Shown here piece after piece: positions 27,079-36,873 of a DNA stretch of 40,869 nucleotides. The translations under genes and the position numbers were made by a program. The notes under the pieces are model-generated. The model was not told where the DNA came from. It did no database searches and was given only the letters and a program-made list of their open reading frames with translations. Numbering within the stretch: the first letter of the stretch is position 1; every line of letters begins with the position of its first letter. The DNA is taken from the NCBI GenBank assembly GCA_016184305.1, contig JACPCX010000112.1, forward strand, positions 1-40,869. Direction: 5' to 3'. Source of the DNA: Candidatus Rokuibacteriota bacterium. Lineage in GTDB: Bacteria > Methylomirabilota > Methylomirabilia > Rokubacteriales > CSP1-6.

Positions 27079-27703
27079 CGTCATCCGCGCCTACGACGAC
27101 TGGATTGTCCGCGGCTACTGCTGGGGACGCTTCTGGATTCTGCGCCAGCGCTTTCTCGACGAGATCGGGCAGTACCTGCCGGAGCGCGGGCGGGTCCTGG
27201 ACGTGGGATGCGGGTTCGGGCTCTTCTCGCTCTACTACGCCTCCGTGCGGCCGGACCTGCGGATCTCGGGGCTCGACCGGAACCCGCGGCGCATCGCCAT
27301 GGCGCGCGCGGCGGCCACCCGCCTCGGTCTCGGCCGCGTGCGCTACGAGGTCGGAGACGCCACCCGTTTCCGGGGCGGGGAGACCTTCGACGCCGCCTAC
27401 ATGCTCGACATCGTCCACCACATCCCGGAGGAGGCCGTGCGGCCGCTCCTCGAGCAGCTGGCGAAGGCGCTGCCGGCAGGCGGGCGTCTCCTGATCAAGG
27501 ACGTGGACCGCCGGCCCGCCTACAAGCGCTGCTTCACCCGCGCGCTGGACTGGCTCATGGATCCGAGGAGCCCCGTCCGCTACTGGGCCGCCGACGAGCT
27601 GCAGGATCTGCTCGAGGGCATCGGCTTCCGGGTGCACCGCCACCTGATGGTGGACATCTTGCCGTACCCGCATGTGCTGTACATCTGCGAGCGGCGGCCG
27701 TGA
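27056..27703 (+). CDS. Class I SAM-dependent methyltransferase
   Basis: RVLDVGCGFG, GLD, VGDA, DIVHH, LPAGGRLLIKD; ATG at 27056. Confidence 0.9.
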   Translation: MRSAPILSVIRAYDDWIVRGYCWGRFWILRQRFLDEIGQYLPERGRVLDVGCGFGLFSLYYASVRPDLRISGLDRNPRRIAMARAAATRLGLGRVRYEVGDATRFRGGETFDAAYMLDIVHHIPEEAVRPLLEQLAKALPAGGRLLIKDVDRRPAYKRCFTRALDWLMDPRSPVRYWAADELQDLLEGIGFRVHRHLMVDILPYPHVLYICERRP

Positions 27704-28416
27704 TCTCGTCGCTGCTCCGCGCCGAGGCCATCACGGCCGGCTACGGGAAGCTGGACATCCTCCACGAGGTGAGCCTCATCGTCTCCCCGGGAGAGCTCGT
27801 GACCGTCATCGGCCCCAACGGCGCCGGCAAGTCCACCGCCTTCAAGGTGATCGTCGGCTTCCTGCGCCCGACCAGCGGCCGGGTGATCTTCGACGGCAAG
27901 GACATCACCGGGCTCCGCCCCGATCAGGTCCTCCGCTACGGGCTCGCCTATGTGCCCCAGGGGCGCATCGTCTTCCCGCAGATGACCGTGCTCGAGAACC
28001 TGGAGATGGGCGCCTACATCGAGCGCAGCCCGCAGAAGATCCGCGAGGCCCTCGACCGCGTCTTCACGCTCTTCCCGATCCTGGCGGAGCGGCGGAGCCA
28101 GAAGGCCGGCACCATGTCGGGCGGGGAGCAGCAGATGGTGGCCATCGCCCGGGGGCTCATGACCATCCCCAAGCTCGTCCTCCTCGACGAGCCGTCCCTG
28201 GGGCTGTCGCCCAAGTTCGTGGCGGGGATCTTCGACAAGCTGGCGGAGATGAAGCGCTCGGGCTACACCCTCATGGTGGTCGAGCAGAACGCCGCGCGGG
28301 CGCTGGCCGTGGCGGACCGGGGGTACGTGCTCGAGCTGGGGCGGAATCGGTACGAGGGGACCGGGCCGTCGCTCCTGGCGGACCCCGAGGTCAAGCGTCT
28401 TTACCTCGGGGGGTAA
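27700..28416 (+). CDS. livF: ABC ATPase (LivF-like)
   Basis: GTG at 27700 overlaps the methyltransferase stop. GPNGAGKST, YVPQGR, MSGGEQQM, LDEPSLGLSP, VEQN, LYLGG. Confidence 0.93.
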   Translation: MISSLLRAEAITAGYGKLDILHEVSLIVSPGELVTVIGPNGAGKSTAFKVIVGFLRPTSGRVIFDGKDITGLRPDQVLRYGLAYVPQGRIVFPQMTVLENLEMGAYIERSPQKIREALDRVFTLFPILAERRSQKAGTMSGGEQQMVAIARGLMTIPKLVLLDEPSLGLSPKFVAGIFDKLAEMKRSGYTLMVVEQNAARALAVADRGYVLELGRNRYEGTGPSLLADPEVKRLYLGG

Positions 28417-28417
28417 G

Positions 28418-29416
28418 ATGAGTAGAATCTGCGTCATGCGTTTTTTCCGACCCGTTCTCGCCCTCACGATCCTCGCCGCCGGCCTCGCGGGCGGCATGCT
28501 GCTCTGGTCCCGCACCTCCACCGCCCGGACGGCCACTGACGTCGCGGTGCAGCGGGGCCAGCAGGTCTACGCCATGTACTGCGCCACCTGTCACGGCCTG
28601 GCCGGCAAGGGGGACGGTCTCTCCGGCCAGGGCCTGCCCATCAAGCCCCAGGATCTGACGGACGGGCGCGTGCTCAATGCGCTGCCCGATCACTTCCTCT
28701 TCACCGTCATCAGCCAGGGCGCCCAGGCGGTCGGGCTCTCGCCGCTCATGCCTCCGTTCAAGCCGCAGCTCTCCGACACGCAGCTCCATGACGTGATCGC
28801 CTACGTGCGGACGCTGGCCCAGCCCGCCTTCGACCCGAAGGCCGTGCTGCCCATTCCCGTGAAGCGCGAAGGACCCGTGCAGCCCATCTTCTTCAGTCAC
28901 GCCATCCACGCCGGCTCCTACAAGCTCGACTGCCAGTACTGCCACGCCGGGGCGCGCAGGAGCAGCGCGGCGGGGCTGCCGTCGGTGGAGCGCTGCATGG
29001 GCTGCCACCGGGTCGTCGCGGCGCAGGGGAACCCGGAGGTCCAGAAGCTTCTCGGCTACTGGGACAGGAAAGAGCCGATCCCGTGGGTGCGCGTCTTCAG
29101 GGTCCCGGAGTACGTGACGTTCACCCACAAGAACCACGTGCAGGCGGGCCTGCCCTGCCAGACCTGCCACGGCCGCATCGAGGCCATGGAGCAGGTTTCG
29201 GCCGGACTCACGGGGCAAAGCCTCGTCAACGATCTGAAGAACCTCGCCGGGATGTCCCCCGTGCCGAACCGGTTCACGATGGGATGGTGCGTGGAGTGCC
29301 ACCGCGCGGCGAATGCCAAGGACCTGGCGAGCCTGGCGTGGATCGGCTCACCCGTGCCCACGCTCACGCGCGCCGAGCCCAAGGCCCCGCTCGACTGCGT
29401 GAACTGTCATCATTGA
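28418..29416 (+). CDS. Hexaheme c-type cytochrome (monoheme domain plus ActA-like pentaheme domain)
   Basis: N-terminal TM/signal; CATCH, CQYCH, CMGCH, CQTCH, CVECH, CVNCH; QPIFFSHAIHAG, PIPWVRV, FTHKNH, TMGWC. Confidence 0.88.
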   Translation: MSRICVMRFFRPVLALTILAAGLAGGMLLWSRTSTARTATDVAVQRGQQVYAMYCATCHGLAGKGDGLSGQGLPIKPQDLTDGRVLNALPDHFLFTVISQGAQAVGLSPLMPPFKPQLSDTQLHDVIAYVRTLAQPAFDPKAVLPIPVKREGPVQPIFFSHAIHAGSYKLDCQYCHAGARRSSAAGLPSVERCMGCHRVVAAQGNPEVQKLLGYWDRKEPIPWVRVFRVPEYVTFTHKNHVQAGLPCQTCHGRIEAMEQVSAGLTGQSLVNDLKNLAGMSPVPNRFTMGWCVECHRAANAKDLASLAWIGSPVPTLTRAEPKAPLDCVNCHH

Positions 29417-29420
29417 TCTG

Positions 29421-29607
29421 AGGTGTGTAAACGAGCTCAGGCGGCGGCCTTCCGTTTCACCGGCTCCTCGCTCTGCTTGATCCGTACGCGATCCGCGTAG
29501 ACGACACCCTCGGCGACCTCCGGCAGCAGCTCCGGCGCGTCCGGGCGGCGGAAGCGTCGCTCCGCGAGGAGCAGCGGCTTCCAGATGACCGCTGTGGCAT
29601 TCTCCAC
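29421..29607 (-). mobile_element. IS256-family transposase 3' relic with a partial terminal repeat
   Basis: VENATAVIWKPLLLAERRFRRPDAPELLPEVAEGVVY...KAAA* is followed by TTTACACACCT, resembling IS256-type right ends. Confidence 0.65.
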
Positions 29608-29640
29608 TCAAGGTGCTGGAAACGGGGCTGGCCCCGGGCG

Positions 29641-30110
29641 CTACCCGGTCTCCATCGGCAACGCGGGGTCCGCGCACCACTCCCAGAGGAAGGTGTCGTA
29701 GACCGACACGCGCTCGTGGCCCAGGAGCGTCAGGGCGAAGGCATCGGCCGTGGCGGCGCTGCTGCCGCCGCCGTAGGCCATGACCCTGCGGTCCGGCGTG
29801 GCGCCCACCCGCTCGAACATCTCGCGCAGCGCGCCGGGCGGGCGGAAGACGCTGCTCTTCGGCTCCATCAGGGCCACGAATGGGACGTTCACGCTGCCGG
29901 GAATGCGTCCGGGCCGCCCGCAATGGATGGGGGGGTCACCCGTGTGCGGCTTGGGTCAGAGCGCGTTGATGGTGCAGACGTGGGGATATGTCCTCGCTCC
30001 CAGTCGGCCTGCTCGCTCTCGACGCGGTACACGGCGGTCCTGTCGAGGACGAGGTGGGTGGTGCGGAGGTGCTGGGGCATCGAGAAAGCACTCGACCACG
30101 CCTTCGCCGA
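29641..30110 (-). pseudogene. Decayed tandem-rhodanese sulfurtransferase (SseA/TST-like)
   Basis: YRVES...ADWERGHIP, GRPGRIPGSVNVP and VSVYD..WEWCADPALPMETG are spread over different frames. The active-site YCGGG reads YGGGS, and the 5' end is missing. Confidence 0.75.
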
Positions 30111-30150
30111 AGTGGATGTCCGTGAGGTACGAGATATCAGGTGGCCGCAA

Positions 30151-31764
30151 TCAGAGCCGCTCCAGCTTCCTCTCGAGCGGCTCGGGTGCCCATGACGCGG
30201 GCAAGCCGAGATCCGCCAGCAGGACTTGTGCGCAGTTGTAGCCGGGCAAGCCGGTGATGTTCCCGCCTGGATGCGAGGAGGCGCCGCACAGGTACAACCC
30301 CTTCAGACCACCGCGATAATGGCCCGCACCGGCGAAGGGCCGGTTGTGTCCGACCTGGCCGTGTGAGAAGGCGCCGACGAGCAGGTCGCCATATGTCATG
30401 TTCACAAGCGTCCGCTCCGTATCGAGCGGGCTTCGGGTGAACCAGTCCAGCACGGCGCCCGGAAGATTCGGCGCATATTCGCTCCAGAGCCTGAGCATCG
30501 CCTCGCCGTGTCGATCCTTCTCCCTGTCCCAGTTCGCCGCGCCACCGTGCAGGCGGTACGGCAACTTCTCCCACATGAAGGCCGTGTGGAAGCCGGGCGG
30601 CGCTTGTGATGGATCGAACTGGGTCGGGCAGCTGCCCCACATGACGGGCGGTGGAATCGTGCCGGCCTCGTGGTGCCGCACGATCTCGGGGTACTGCGGC
30701 AACCCTTCCAGTCCGAGGATGACCATGAAGGCGTCCTTCAGATGGGGGCGCCGTTCCGCGGCCTCGTACCGAGGAGGCTCTCGGAGATTCACGTTGATGG
30801 CGAAGAGGGGTGCGATCACGTTGAACTTGAAGGCCGCCGCCTTGTTCCGCCAGTCCAACGGCATGACGTCTTCGTCGAGCAGGTCGAGAAAGGTCTGCAC
30901 GGGGTTGAGCCCGGATGCCACGAAGTGGCGTGCGCGCCAGACGTCACCGTCCACCGTTTCCACGCCGACGGCACGTCCGCCCTCAACGAGGATCTTCTTC
31001 GGCACGGCCTGCAGGCGAACATCGCCTCCGCTCTCCGAGACGGCGCGGACGAGCGCCCGGGCCAGCGCGGCCGCCCCGCCGCGGCTCATCTGCGCCTTTC
31101 CGGCCGTGGCCAACAGCATCGCGATGTGGTGACCGAACCCCTTACAGCGGAGGTCGACTTCCCGCAGGCCATTGAAAAACAGTAGCCCGCCCTGGATCAC
31201 GGGATGCTCGAACTCCTGCTTCACGAACTCGAGCGGCGACATCTCGCTGACGGCGAGAAGGAGCCGACCTTCGGCACTCCGCTCGAGGAGCGCCCGGCGG
31301 CGCTCCGGTTCGATGGGAGGAGACCGGCTTTCCGGGATGAGGATCTTTTCAACGATCGGAAGAAAGTCGTTCCGCCACCGGCGCACGGTGGCGGCATCCC
31401 GCCGGCTGAAGCTCGCGAAGGACTCGGCGGTCTTCTCGAAGTCCGTCCACCACTCCAGCGATCCTCCGTTGCGCAAGAGCAGCGCGACGTTGAGCGCCGG
31501 CTCCACGTAGACGGCGCCGTGGCGCTCGAGATCGAGATCATGGTACCAGGGCATGCGGTTGAGAGCCCGATGGTAGAACGAGTGGAGGTTGTGCAGGAAG
31601 CCCGGCCGGCGCGGGTCCTCCACCGTCGAGAGCCCTCCGCCGGCGGTGTCGCGGCGCTCGAGGCACACCACCTTCAGGCCTGCCTGCCCAAGGTACGCCT
31701 GGAGGATCAGGCTGTTGTGTCCCGATCCCAGGATGATGCCGTCGTACTGCCGCGATTCGTTCAC
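30151..31764 (-). CDS. Phytoene-desaturase-family NAD(P)/FAD-dependent oxidoreductase
   Basis: YDGIILGSGHNSL, LERRDTAGGG, DPSQAPPGFHT, GLYLCGASSHPGGNITGLPGYNCA; start GTG at 31764 or 31773. Confidence 0.9.
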   Translation of the reverse strand: MNESRQYDGIILGSGHNSLILQAYLGQAGLKVVCLERRDTAGGGLSTVEDPRRPGFLHNLHSFYHRALNRMPWYHDLDLERHGAVYVEPALNVALLLRNGGSLEWWTDFEKTAESFASFSRRDAATVRRWRNDFLPIVEKILIPESRSPPIEPERRRALLERSAEGRLLLAVSEMSPLEFVKQEFEHPVIQGGLLFFNGLREVDLRCKGFGHHIAMLLATAGKAQMSRGGAAALARALVRAVSESGGDVRLQAVPKKILVEGGRAVGVETVDGDVWRARHFVASGLNPVQTFLDLLDEDVMPLDWRNKAAAFKFNVIAPLFAINVNLREPPRYEAAERRPHLKDAFMVILGLEGLPQYPEIVRHHEAGTIPPPVMWGSCPTQFDPSQAPPGFHTAFMWEKLPYRLHGGAANWDREKDRHGEAMLRLWSEYAPNLPGAVLDWFTRSPLDTERTLVNMTYGDLLVGAFSHGQVGHNRPFAGAGHYRGGLKGLYLCGASSHPGGNITGLPGYNCAQVLLADLGLPASWAPEPLERKLERL

Positions 31765-31786
31765 CGCGATCACCCGTATGGTCGCC

Positions 31787-33376
31787 CTACTTGAGGTCGA
31801 CTCGCTCGCGCGAGTCCGCCGGACCGAACGGGCTGAGACCGACGTTCTTGAACCTCGACCGGTAGGCGTCGTGCCACTTGATCTCCAGGATCCACAGGCC
31901 GGGCAGATCGCGGACCAAGATATCCTGGATCTCCCAGAACGCCCGCTTGCGGATCTCGGGATCGACCTCGGTCTGGGCTTGCTGGAAGAGCTCGTCCACG
32001 CGCGGGTTGCTGTATCCGCTCGCGTTCGTGAAGGCCGCCTTCTTGATGTTCGAGGTGATATAGAAGCGTGCCGCCGAGACGGAGGGATCGGGTCCCGTAT
32101 ACGGCGTGGTGTAGAAGACGTCGTAGTCCCACTGCTTGAACGTGCGGTCGAGGAAGGCCGGATCGTCGCTGGTGGTGAGGTTGAGATCGATCCCGACTTT
32201 CTTGAGGTCTTCACGCCACAGCTCGGGCACCTTGCTGAACTCTGCCCGGCTCACGGTGACCGGCATGTTGAGCTTGAACCGCACGCCGTCCGCCTTTCGC
32301 GGATAGCCCGCCTCGTCCAGCAGCTTCTCGGCCCGCGTGGGGTCGAAGTCGTACGACGGCAGGCCCGGCTTGAAGGCGAATCCATGTCCGCTGTTGATCG
32401 GGCCCGAGGCAACCTTTGCGGCGCCGAAGTAAACCTTTTCCACCACGGCCTTCCGGTCGAGCGTGTGGTACAGGGCTTGCCGCACCTTCCGGCCCTTGTC
32501 GTCGAGACCGCCGACGAGCGGGCTGCGCATGTTGACGAAGATCCACCCGAGGGAGGCGAAGCTCTTCCACGTCTCCGACGTCACGCCGATCTCGCTCGAC
32601 CGCTGCCATTTCGGGACGACGTGGTTCGGGATCAGGACCGCCATGTCGATCTCGCCCTTCTCGAGCGCGCGCAGCCGACTCGGCTCATCAGGCATGATCT
32701 GGACGACGGCGCTCTCGAGCAGAGGGAGTCCCTTCTTGAAGTAGGCGGCATTCTTCTTGACCTTGATGTGCTGACCGCGCCGCCACTCCTCGAACACGAA
32801 CGGTCCGGTGCCGACGGGCTTCGCGTTGTAGTCGTTTTTCAGGACGTCCGTTCCTTCGTACAGATGCTTCGGCAGGATCGGGGAAAAATACGGTGTCCCG
32901 AGGTACGTCATCAGCGGCGCAAACCTGGTCTTGAGCTTGAACACGACCGTGCGTGGAGCGATCACGGATACCACGTCAATGTTCGCGAAGACGGAGGGGC
33001 CGTGCGGCGCATATTTCTTCCACAGCTCGTCGGCGGTGAACTTGACGTCCTGGGCCGTGAAGGGTTTCCCGTCATGCCACTTCACGCCGTCGCGCAGCGT
33101 GAAGGTATACGTCAACCCGTCCGGCGAGACCGTCCACGACTCGGCGAGGTCCGCCTCCGTTCGCAAGTCGAGCGTCGTGGTGACCAGGCTGTTGAAGATC
33201 ATCGCCGACGTGAAATGCGCCGGGAACTCCGTCGTCAGCACGGGATTGAGCGTCGTCGGATTGGCGGACGAGGCAATGATGAACGTCCTCGAGGCTGCCG
33301 TCGCGTGCAGGACGGGCATGGCGAGCGTCGCGAGCACCACCACCGCGCAGGTCACGCACGTTCGTGTCAGTCGCAT
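31787..33376 (-). CDS. Family 5 (Dpp/Opp) ABC substrate-binding protein
   Basis: Signal peptide; DLAESWTVSPDGLTYTFTLRDGVKWHDGKPFTAQDVKFT, PVGTGPF, LLDEAGY. Confidence 0.94.
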   Translation of the reverse strand: MRLTRTCVTCAVVVLATLAMPVLHATAASRTFIIASSANPTTLNPVLTTEFPAHFTSAMIFNSLVTTTLDLRTEADLAESWTVSPDGLTYTFTLRDGVKWHDGKPFTAQDVKFTADELWKKYAPHGPSVFANIDVVSVIAPRTVVFKLKTRFAPLMTYLGTPYFSPILPKHLYEGTDVLKNDYNAKPVGTGPFVFEEWRRGQHIKVKKNAAYFKKGLPLLESAVVQIMPDEPSRLRALEKGEIDMAVLIPNHVVPKWQRSSEIGVTSETWKSFASLGWIFVNMRSPLVGGLDDKGRKVRQALYHTLDRKAVVEKVYFGAAKVASGPINSGHGFAFKPGLPSYDFDPTRAEKLLDEAGYPRKADGVRFKLNMPVTVSRAEFSKVPELWREDLKKVGIDLNLTTSDDPAFLDRTFKQWDYDVFYTTPYTGPDPSVSAARFYITSNIKKAAFTNASGYSNPRVDELFQQAQTEVDPEIRKRAFWEIQDILVRDLPGLWILEIKWHDAYRSRFKNVGLSPFGPADSRERVDLK

Positions 33377-33417
33377 TTCGCTCTCCTTCTCGTCAGGGAG
33401 TCACGTCCGCCCCTGCT

Positions 33418-34308
33418 TCAGACGGCGCCCATCCGAGGATCGAGGACGTCATTGAGCGCATCGCCGGCGAAGTTAAAGCCGAGGACGGTGAGGAAGATCG
33501 CGGTACCCGGGAAGACGGACATCCACCACGCGTCCTCGAGAAACCGCTGAGCGTTGTTCAGGATGGTGCCCCAGCTCATGCGGTTGGGATCGCCGAGCCC
33601 GAGGAAGCTCAGGCCCGCCTCGAGAATGATGGCGGCGCCAATTTCAAGACTCGCATTGACGATGACCAACGGAAGGGCGTTCGGCAGGATCTCCCGAGCG
33701 ATGATCCGCCATTGCGGCTGGCCCAGCGACCGGGCTGCTTCCACGAAGTCGCGGCTGCGGAGCGACATGACCTCCGATCGGACCAGGCGTGCCATGCCCG
33801 GCCACGCGAGACCGCCGATCACGATGATCATGTTCCACATTCCCGCTCCGATGAGCGCGACGGCGACCACGGCGAGAAGGAGTCGAGGCAGGATCATGAA
33901 CACCTCGGTGATCCGCATGAGCAGGTCATCGAGCCAACCGCCACGGTACCCCGACACCGCGCCCACGAGGACGCCCACCGTCGTCGCCAGGACACCGGAC
34001 ACGAATCCGACGGAAAGAGAGACACGGCTGCCCCAGAGCAGTTGGCTCAGAATGTCGCGACCGAGGTCGTCGGTCCCCATGGGATGCCGCACCGACGGAG
34101 CCTGCAACGCCTCGTGTGTCGTCGCGAAGGGGTCGAGAGACAGCCTCGGTACGGTGCAGGCCATCACGACGAAGAATGCGACGAGCGTGACGCCCAGCAC
34201 GCCGAGACGGTTGAAGCGCGCGCGATGCAGCAGCGCTCGAAGACCACGCGGGATCCCAGGCATGCTGGCGCCGTTCGAACGCCGGGCGCCGGACGAATGG
34301 GCGCTCAC
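33418..34308 (-). CDS. Dpp/Opp ABC permease (DppC-like)
   Basis: HPMGTDDLGRD, FVEAARSLG, ILPNAL, EAGLSFLGLG, DVLDPR. Confidence 0.93.
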   Translation of the reverse strand: MSAHSSGARRSNGASMPGIPRGLRALLHRARFNRLGVLGVTLVAFFVVMACTVPRLSLDPFATTHEALQAPSVRHPMGTDDLGRDILSQLLWGSRVSLSVGFVSGVLATTVGVLVGAVSGYRGGWLDDLLMRITEVFMILPRLLLAVVAVALIGAGMWNMIIVIGGLAWPGMARLVRSEVMSLRSRDFVEAARSLGQPQWRIIAREILPNALPLVIVNASLEIGAAIILEAGLSFLGLGDPNRMSWGTILNNAQRFLEDAWWMSVFPGTAIFLTVLGFNFAGDALNDVLDPRMGAV

Positions 34309-35270
34309 GCCGTGCGTGTCCGTGGATCAATCATGCCGTACACGACGTCCGTGACGAGATTCACGGCAACGATGAAGAGCGACATCACGATGAAGAGGCC
34401 GAGCAGAAGCGGGTGGTCACGGGCAAGGATGGCGTCGTAGGTCAAGCGCCCGAGGCCGGGGTAGGAGAATACGGTCTCGGTCAGCACCGTGCCGGCGATA
34501 AGCGTTCCGAATCCCGTCCCCGTCGCCGTGACCACGGGCCGGACCGCGTTCTTCAACGCATGCACGCCAAGCACTCGTCCCTCGCTCAAGCCCTTTGCCC
34601 GCGCGGTTCTGATGTAGTTCTCGCGGAGCACTTCGACGATGCTCGCGCGCGCAAGACGTCCCGTGATCGCCAGCCTGAGCAAGAAGATCGTGAGCGCGGG
34701 GAGGAACAGGTGGCGTGCAACGTCGAGCACCCAACGGAAGCCCTCGTGCTGCTCGCGCAACGACATGAAGCCGCCCGTCGGGAACCACCCGAGCCAGACG
34801 GCGAAGACGAGCATCAGGAGCTGCGCGAGCCAGAAGATCGGCAGCGACCAGGCGACGACCGAGCCGACGGAGAGCGCGCCGTCGATCGCCGAGTACGGTC
34901 GATAGCCGGCGATCGTCCCGAGCGTGATACCGGCGATGACGGAGAAGATCGTGGCGGTCGTGATCAGGAGCAGCGTCGTGGGCACCCGGGAAGCGACGAC
35001 GGCAAGGACGGGCTGACTGAACGAGATCGACTGGCCGAAGTCTCCCTGGACGACGCGGCCGAGGTAGCGGAGCAGTTGGAGTGCGAGAGGTTGATCGAGC
35101 CCGTATATCCGCCGGATCTCCTCGGCGTACTGCGGCGAGGGGCTGTGCTGTCCACTCAGCATCAGGACTGGATCGCCCGGTGCGGCATGGATCAAAAAGA
35201 ACGCGATCACGACCACGACCAGTGCGACGGGGACTGCCTGAGTCAGACGCCGGACGATATAGGGAATCAC
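34305..35270 (-). CDS. Dpp/Opp ABC permease (DppB-like)
   Basis: YIVRRL, PGDP, GDFGQS, YIRTARAKGL, ETVFSYPGLG, IDPR. Confidence 0.93.
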   Translation of the reverse strand: MIPYIVRRLTQAVPVALVVVVIAFFLIHAAPGDPVLMLSGQHSPSPQYAEEIRRIYGLDQPLALQLLRYLGRVVQGDFGQSISFSQPVLAVVASRVPTTLLLITTATIFSVIAGITLGTIAGYRPYSAIDGALSVGSVVAWSLPIFWLAQLLMLVFAVWLGWFPTGGFMSLREQHEGFRWVLDVARHLFLPALTIFLLRLAITGRLARASIVEVLRENYIRTARAKGLSEGRVLGVHALKNAVRPVVTATGTGFGTLIAGTVLTETVFSYPGLGRLTYDAILARDHPLLLGLFIVMSLFIVAVNLVTDVVYGMIDPRTRTA

Positions 35271-35297
35271 GATCGGTGGCGCCGCGCGTCCGGCTCG

Positions 35298-36554
35298 CTA
35301 GGCTTCACGATTGACGAGGCACCGTCCGCCGCGGATGACCCGGACAATCATGTCCGTGTTTCGAAGTATTCCGATGTCGTCGAGTGGATTGCCAGTGACG
35401 ACGATGACATCGCCGAGCTTCCCGGGTGCGAGAGTACCGAGGCGCTCAAGACCCAGCGCCGCCGCCGCGACACTCGTGGCCGACTGTATGGCTTCCATCG
35501 GCGACATGCCGTGGCGTACCAGCACCTCCAGCTCCGCGGCATTCTCGCCGTGGGGCAGGCAGCGCCACGTGTCGCTCCCCATCGCAACCGTCACGCCGGC
35601 CTTTCGGGCGATCCGGAACGAGTCGAGATGCCGGTCCAGAACCGCTTGAGCCTCTTCCGGCGAGAGCTTCATGAGCCATCGGGGCAATCGCTCGACGAGA
35701 GCCGGGAAGACGCCGAGCGTGGGCACGAGAACCGTGCCGCGTGCTGCCATCCTGGCTGCGGCCTCGGCGGTCAGGAACGTGCCGTGCTCGATGGTATCGA
35801 CGCCGGCTTCGAGGGCGTTGAGGATTCCGCTCTCGCTCTCGGCGTGGCAGGCGACCTTGACGCCGCCGGCGTGCGCGGTGTCGACGGCGGCACGGAGCTC
35901 TTCGACCGAATACTCGTCGAGCGGTGGCAGATGACCGTCAGCAATCGGACTGTTGCTCGCACAGACCTTGATGAAGTCGGCCCCCTGGCGAAGACGCTCT
36001 CGGACCTGTCGTCGGATCTGTTCAGGCCCGTCGGCGAGGCCGGCCTCGATGCGGTCGACGAGACCGGTCATTTGTCGGTCGAGATGTCCGCACGTCTGGG
36101 AGAGCCAGCCGCCGACGATGATTCGCGGCCCGTCGCACAGACCCAGATGGATGGCGTCTCGCACCGCGCAGATCGCGCTCACGAATCGCGCGCCGCACTC
36201 CCGCACTGTCGTGAATCCGGCCTCGACAGTCACGCGTGCGTCGCGCGCGGCCCACATCGTGAAGAGCTCCGGCGAAGCCCGCAGCATGGAGAGCATCATG
36301 CTCGGCTCGGCGGGGTCGTGAATCCCGCCGAGATGGACGTGGCAGTCGATGAGACCGGGAAGGATCACCCCGTCGCCGGCGTAGTGGACGTGCGCTCCCG
36401 CTGGGATCTGGCCGTCGGAGCGAATCTCAACGATCTGCTCGCCACGACCTACGACGACACCATTCGTCACCGGCTCGCCGCCGCCCGTGATCACCAGGCG
36501 TCCTGCGACGGCCCAGTCGACGCGATCAGGCGAGTCGAGCGCCGAGGTTCTCAC
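35298..36554 (-). CDS. Metal-dependent amidohydrolase (prolidase-like/M38)
   Basis: LPGLIDCHVH, GFTTVRECG, GADFIK, VACHA, TIEHG, GSD, GTLAPGKLGDVIVV; start uncertain (GTG at 36554 or TTG at 36578). Confidence 0.9.
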   Translation of the reverse strand: MRTSALDSPDRVDWAVAGRLVITGGGEPVTNGVVVGRGEQIVEIRSDGQIPAGAHVHYAGDGVILPGLIDCHVHLGGIHDPAEPSMMLSMLRASPELFTMWAARDARVTVEAGFTTVRECGARFVSAICAVRDAIHLGLCDGPRIIVGGWLSQTCGHLDRQMTGLVDRIEAGLADGPEQIRRQVRERLRQGADFIKVCASNSPIADGHLPPLDEYSVEELRAAVDTAHAGGVKVACHAESESGILNALEAGVDTIEHGTFLTAEAAARMAARGTVLVPTLGVFPALVERLPRWLMKLSPEEAQAVLDRHLDSFRIARKAGVTVAMGSDTWRCLPHGENAAELEVLVRHGMSPMEAIQSATSVAAAALGLERLGTLAPGKLGDVIVVTGNPLDDIGILRNTDMIVRVIRGGRCLVNREA

Positions 36555-36666
36555 GTTCCCCTGCTGTTGGCGATGCAACGACCTGGCTTCGTGTCAAGTA
36601 CTTCTGCCCCTTCACCTGATCAGCGCGATAACGGGAGCGTCGCCATCATGAACGGCGTCCCCGGGG

Positions 36667-36815
36667 TCGGGCCCGCGGCCCGCGGGCCCGAGGGCGGCCG
36701 AGCCGGGCGTGGGCGTGGACCTGAGAACAGATCCGCACGCGCCCGTGGCGGCGCGTGCGGACCCGGCCCCCCCACGGATCCCCAATGCTCCCACCGATGC
36801 CCACCGATGCCGATG
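36667..36815. repeat. Two perfect GC hairpins plus a 10-bp tandem repeat
   Basis: 11-bp arms at 36667-36677/36681-36691; 12-bp arms at 36732-36743/36750-36761; CCACCGATGC twice at 36791-36810. Confidence 0.65.
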
Positions 36816-36873
36816 GCACAGCGCACCCACACTCCTCGGGGCCGGGCGAAGCCGGCCGGCGCGTCCGCCAGGT

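Noticed and set aside
30151..31764. Carotenoid biosynthesis (crtI)
   Set aside because: No crtB/crtE neighbours; the context is transport and catabolism
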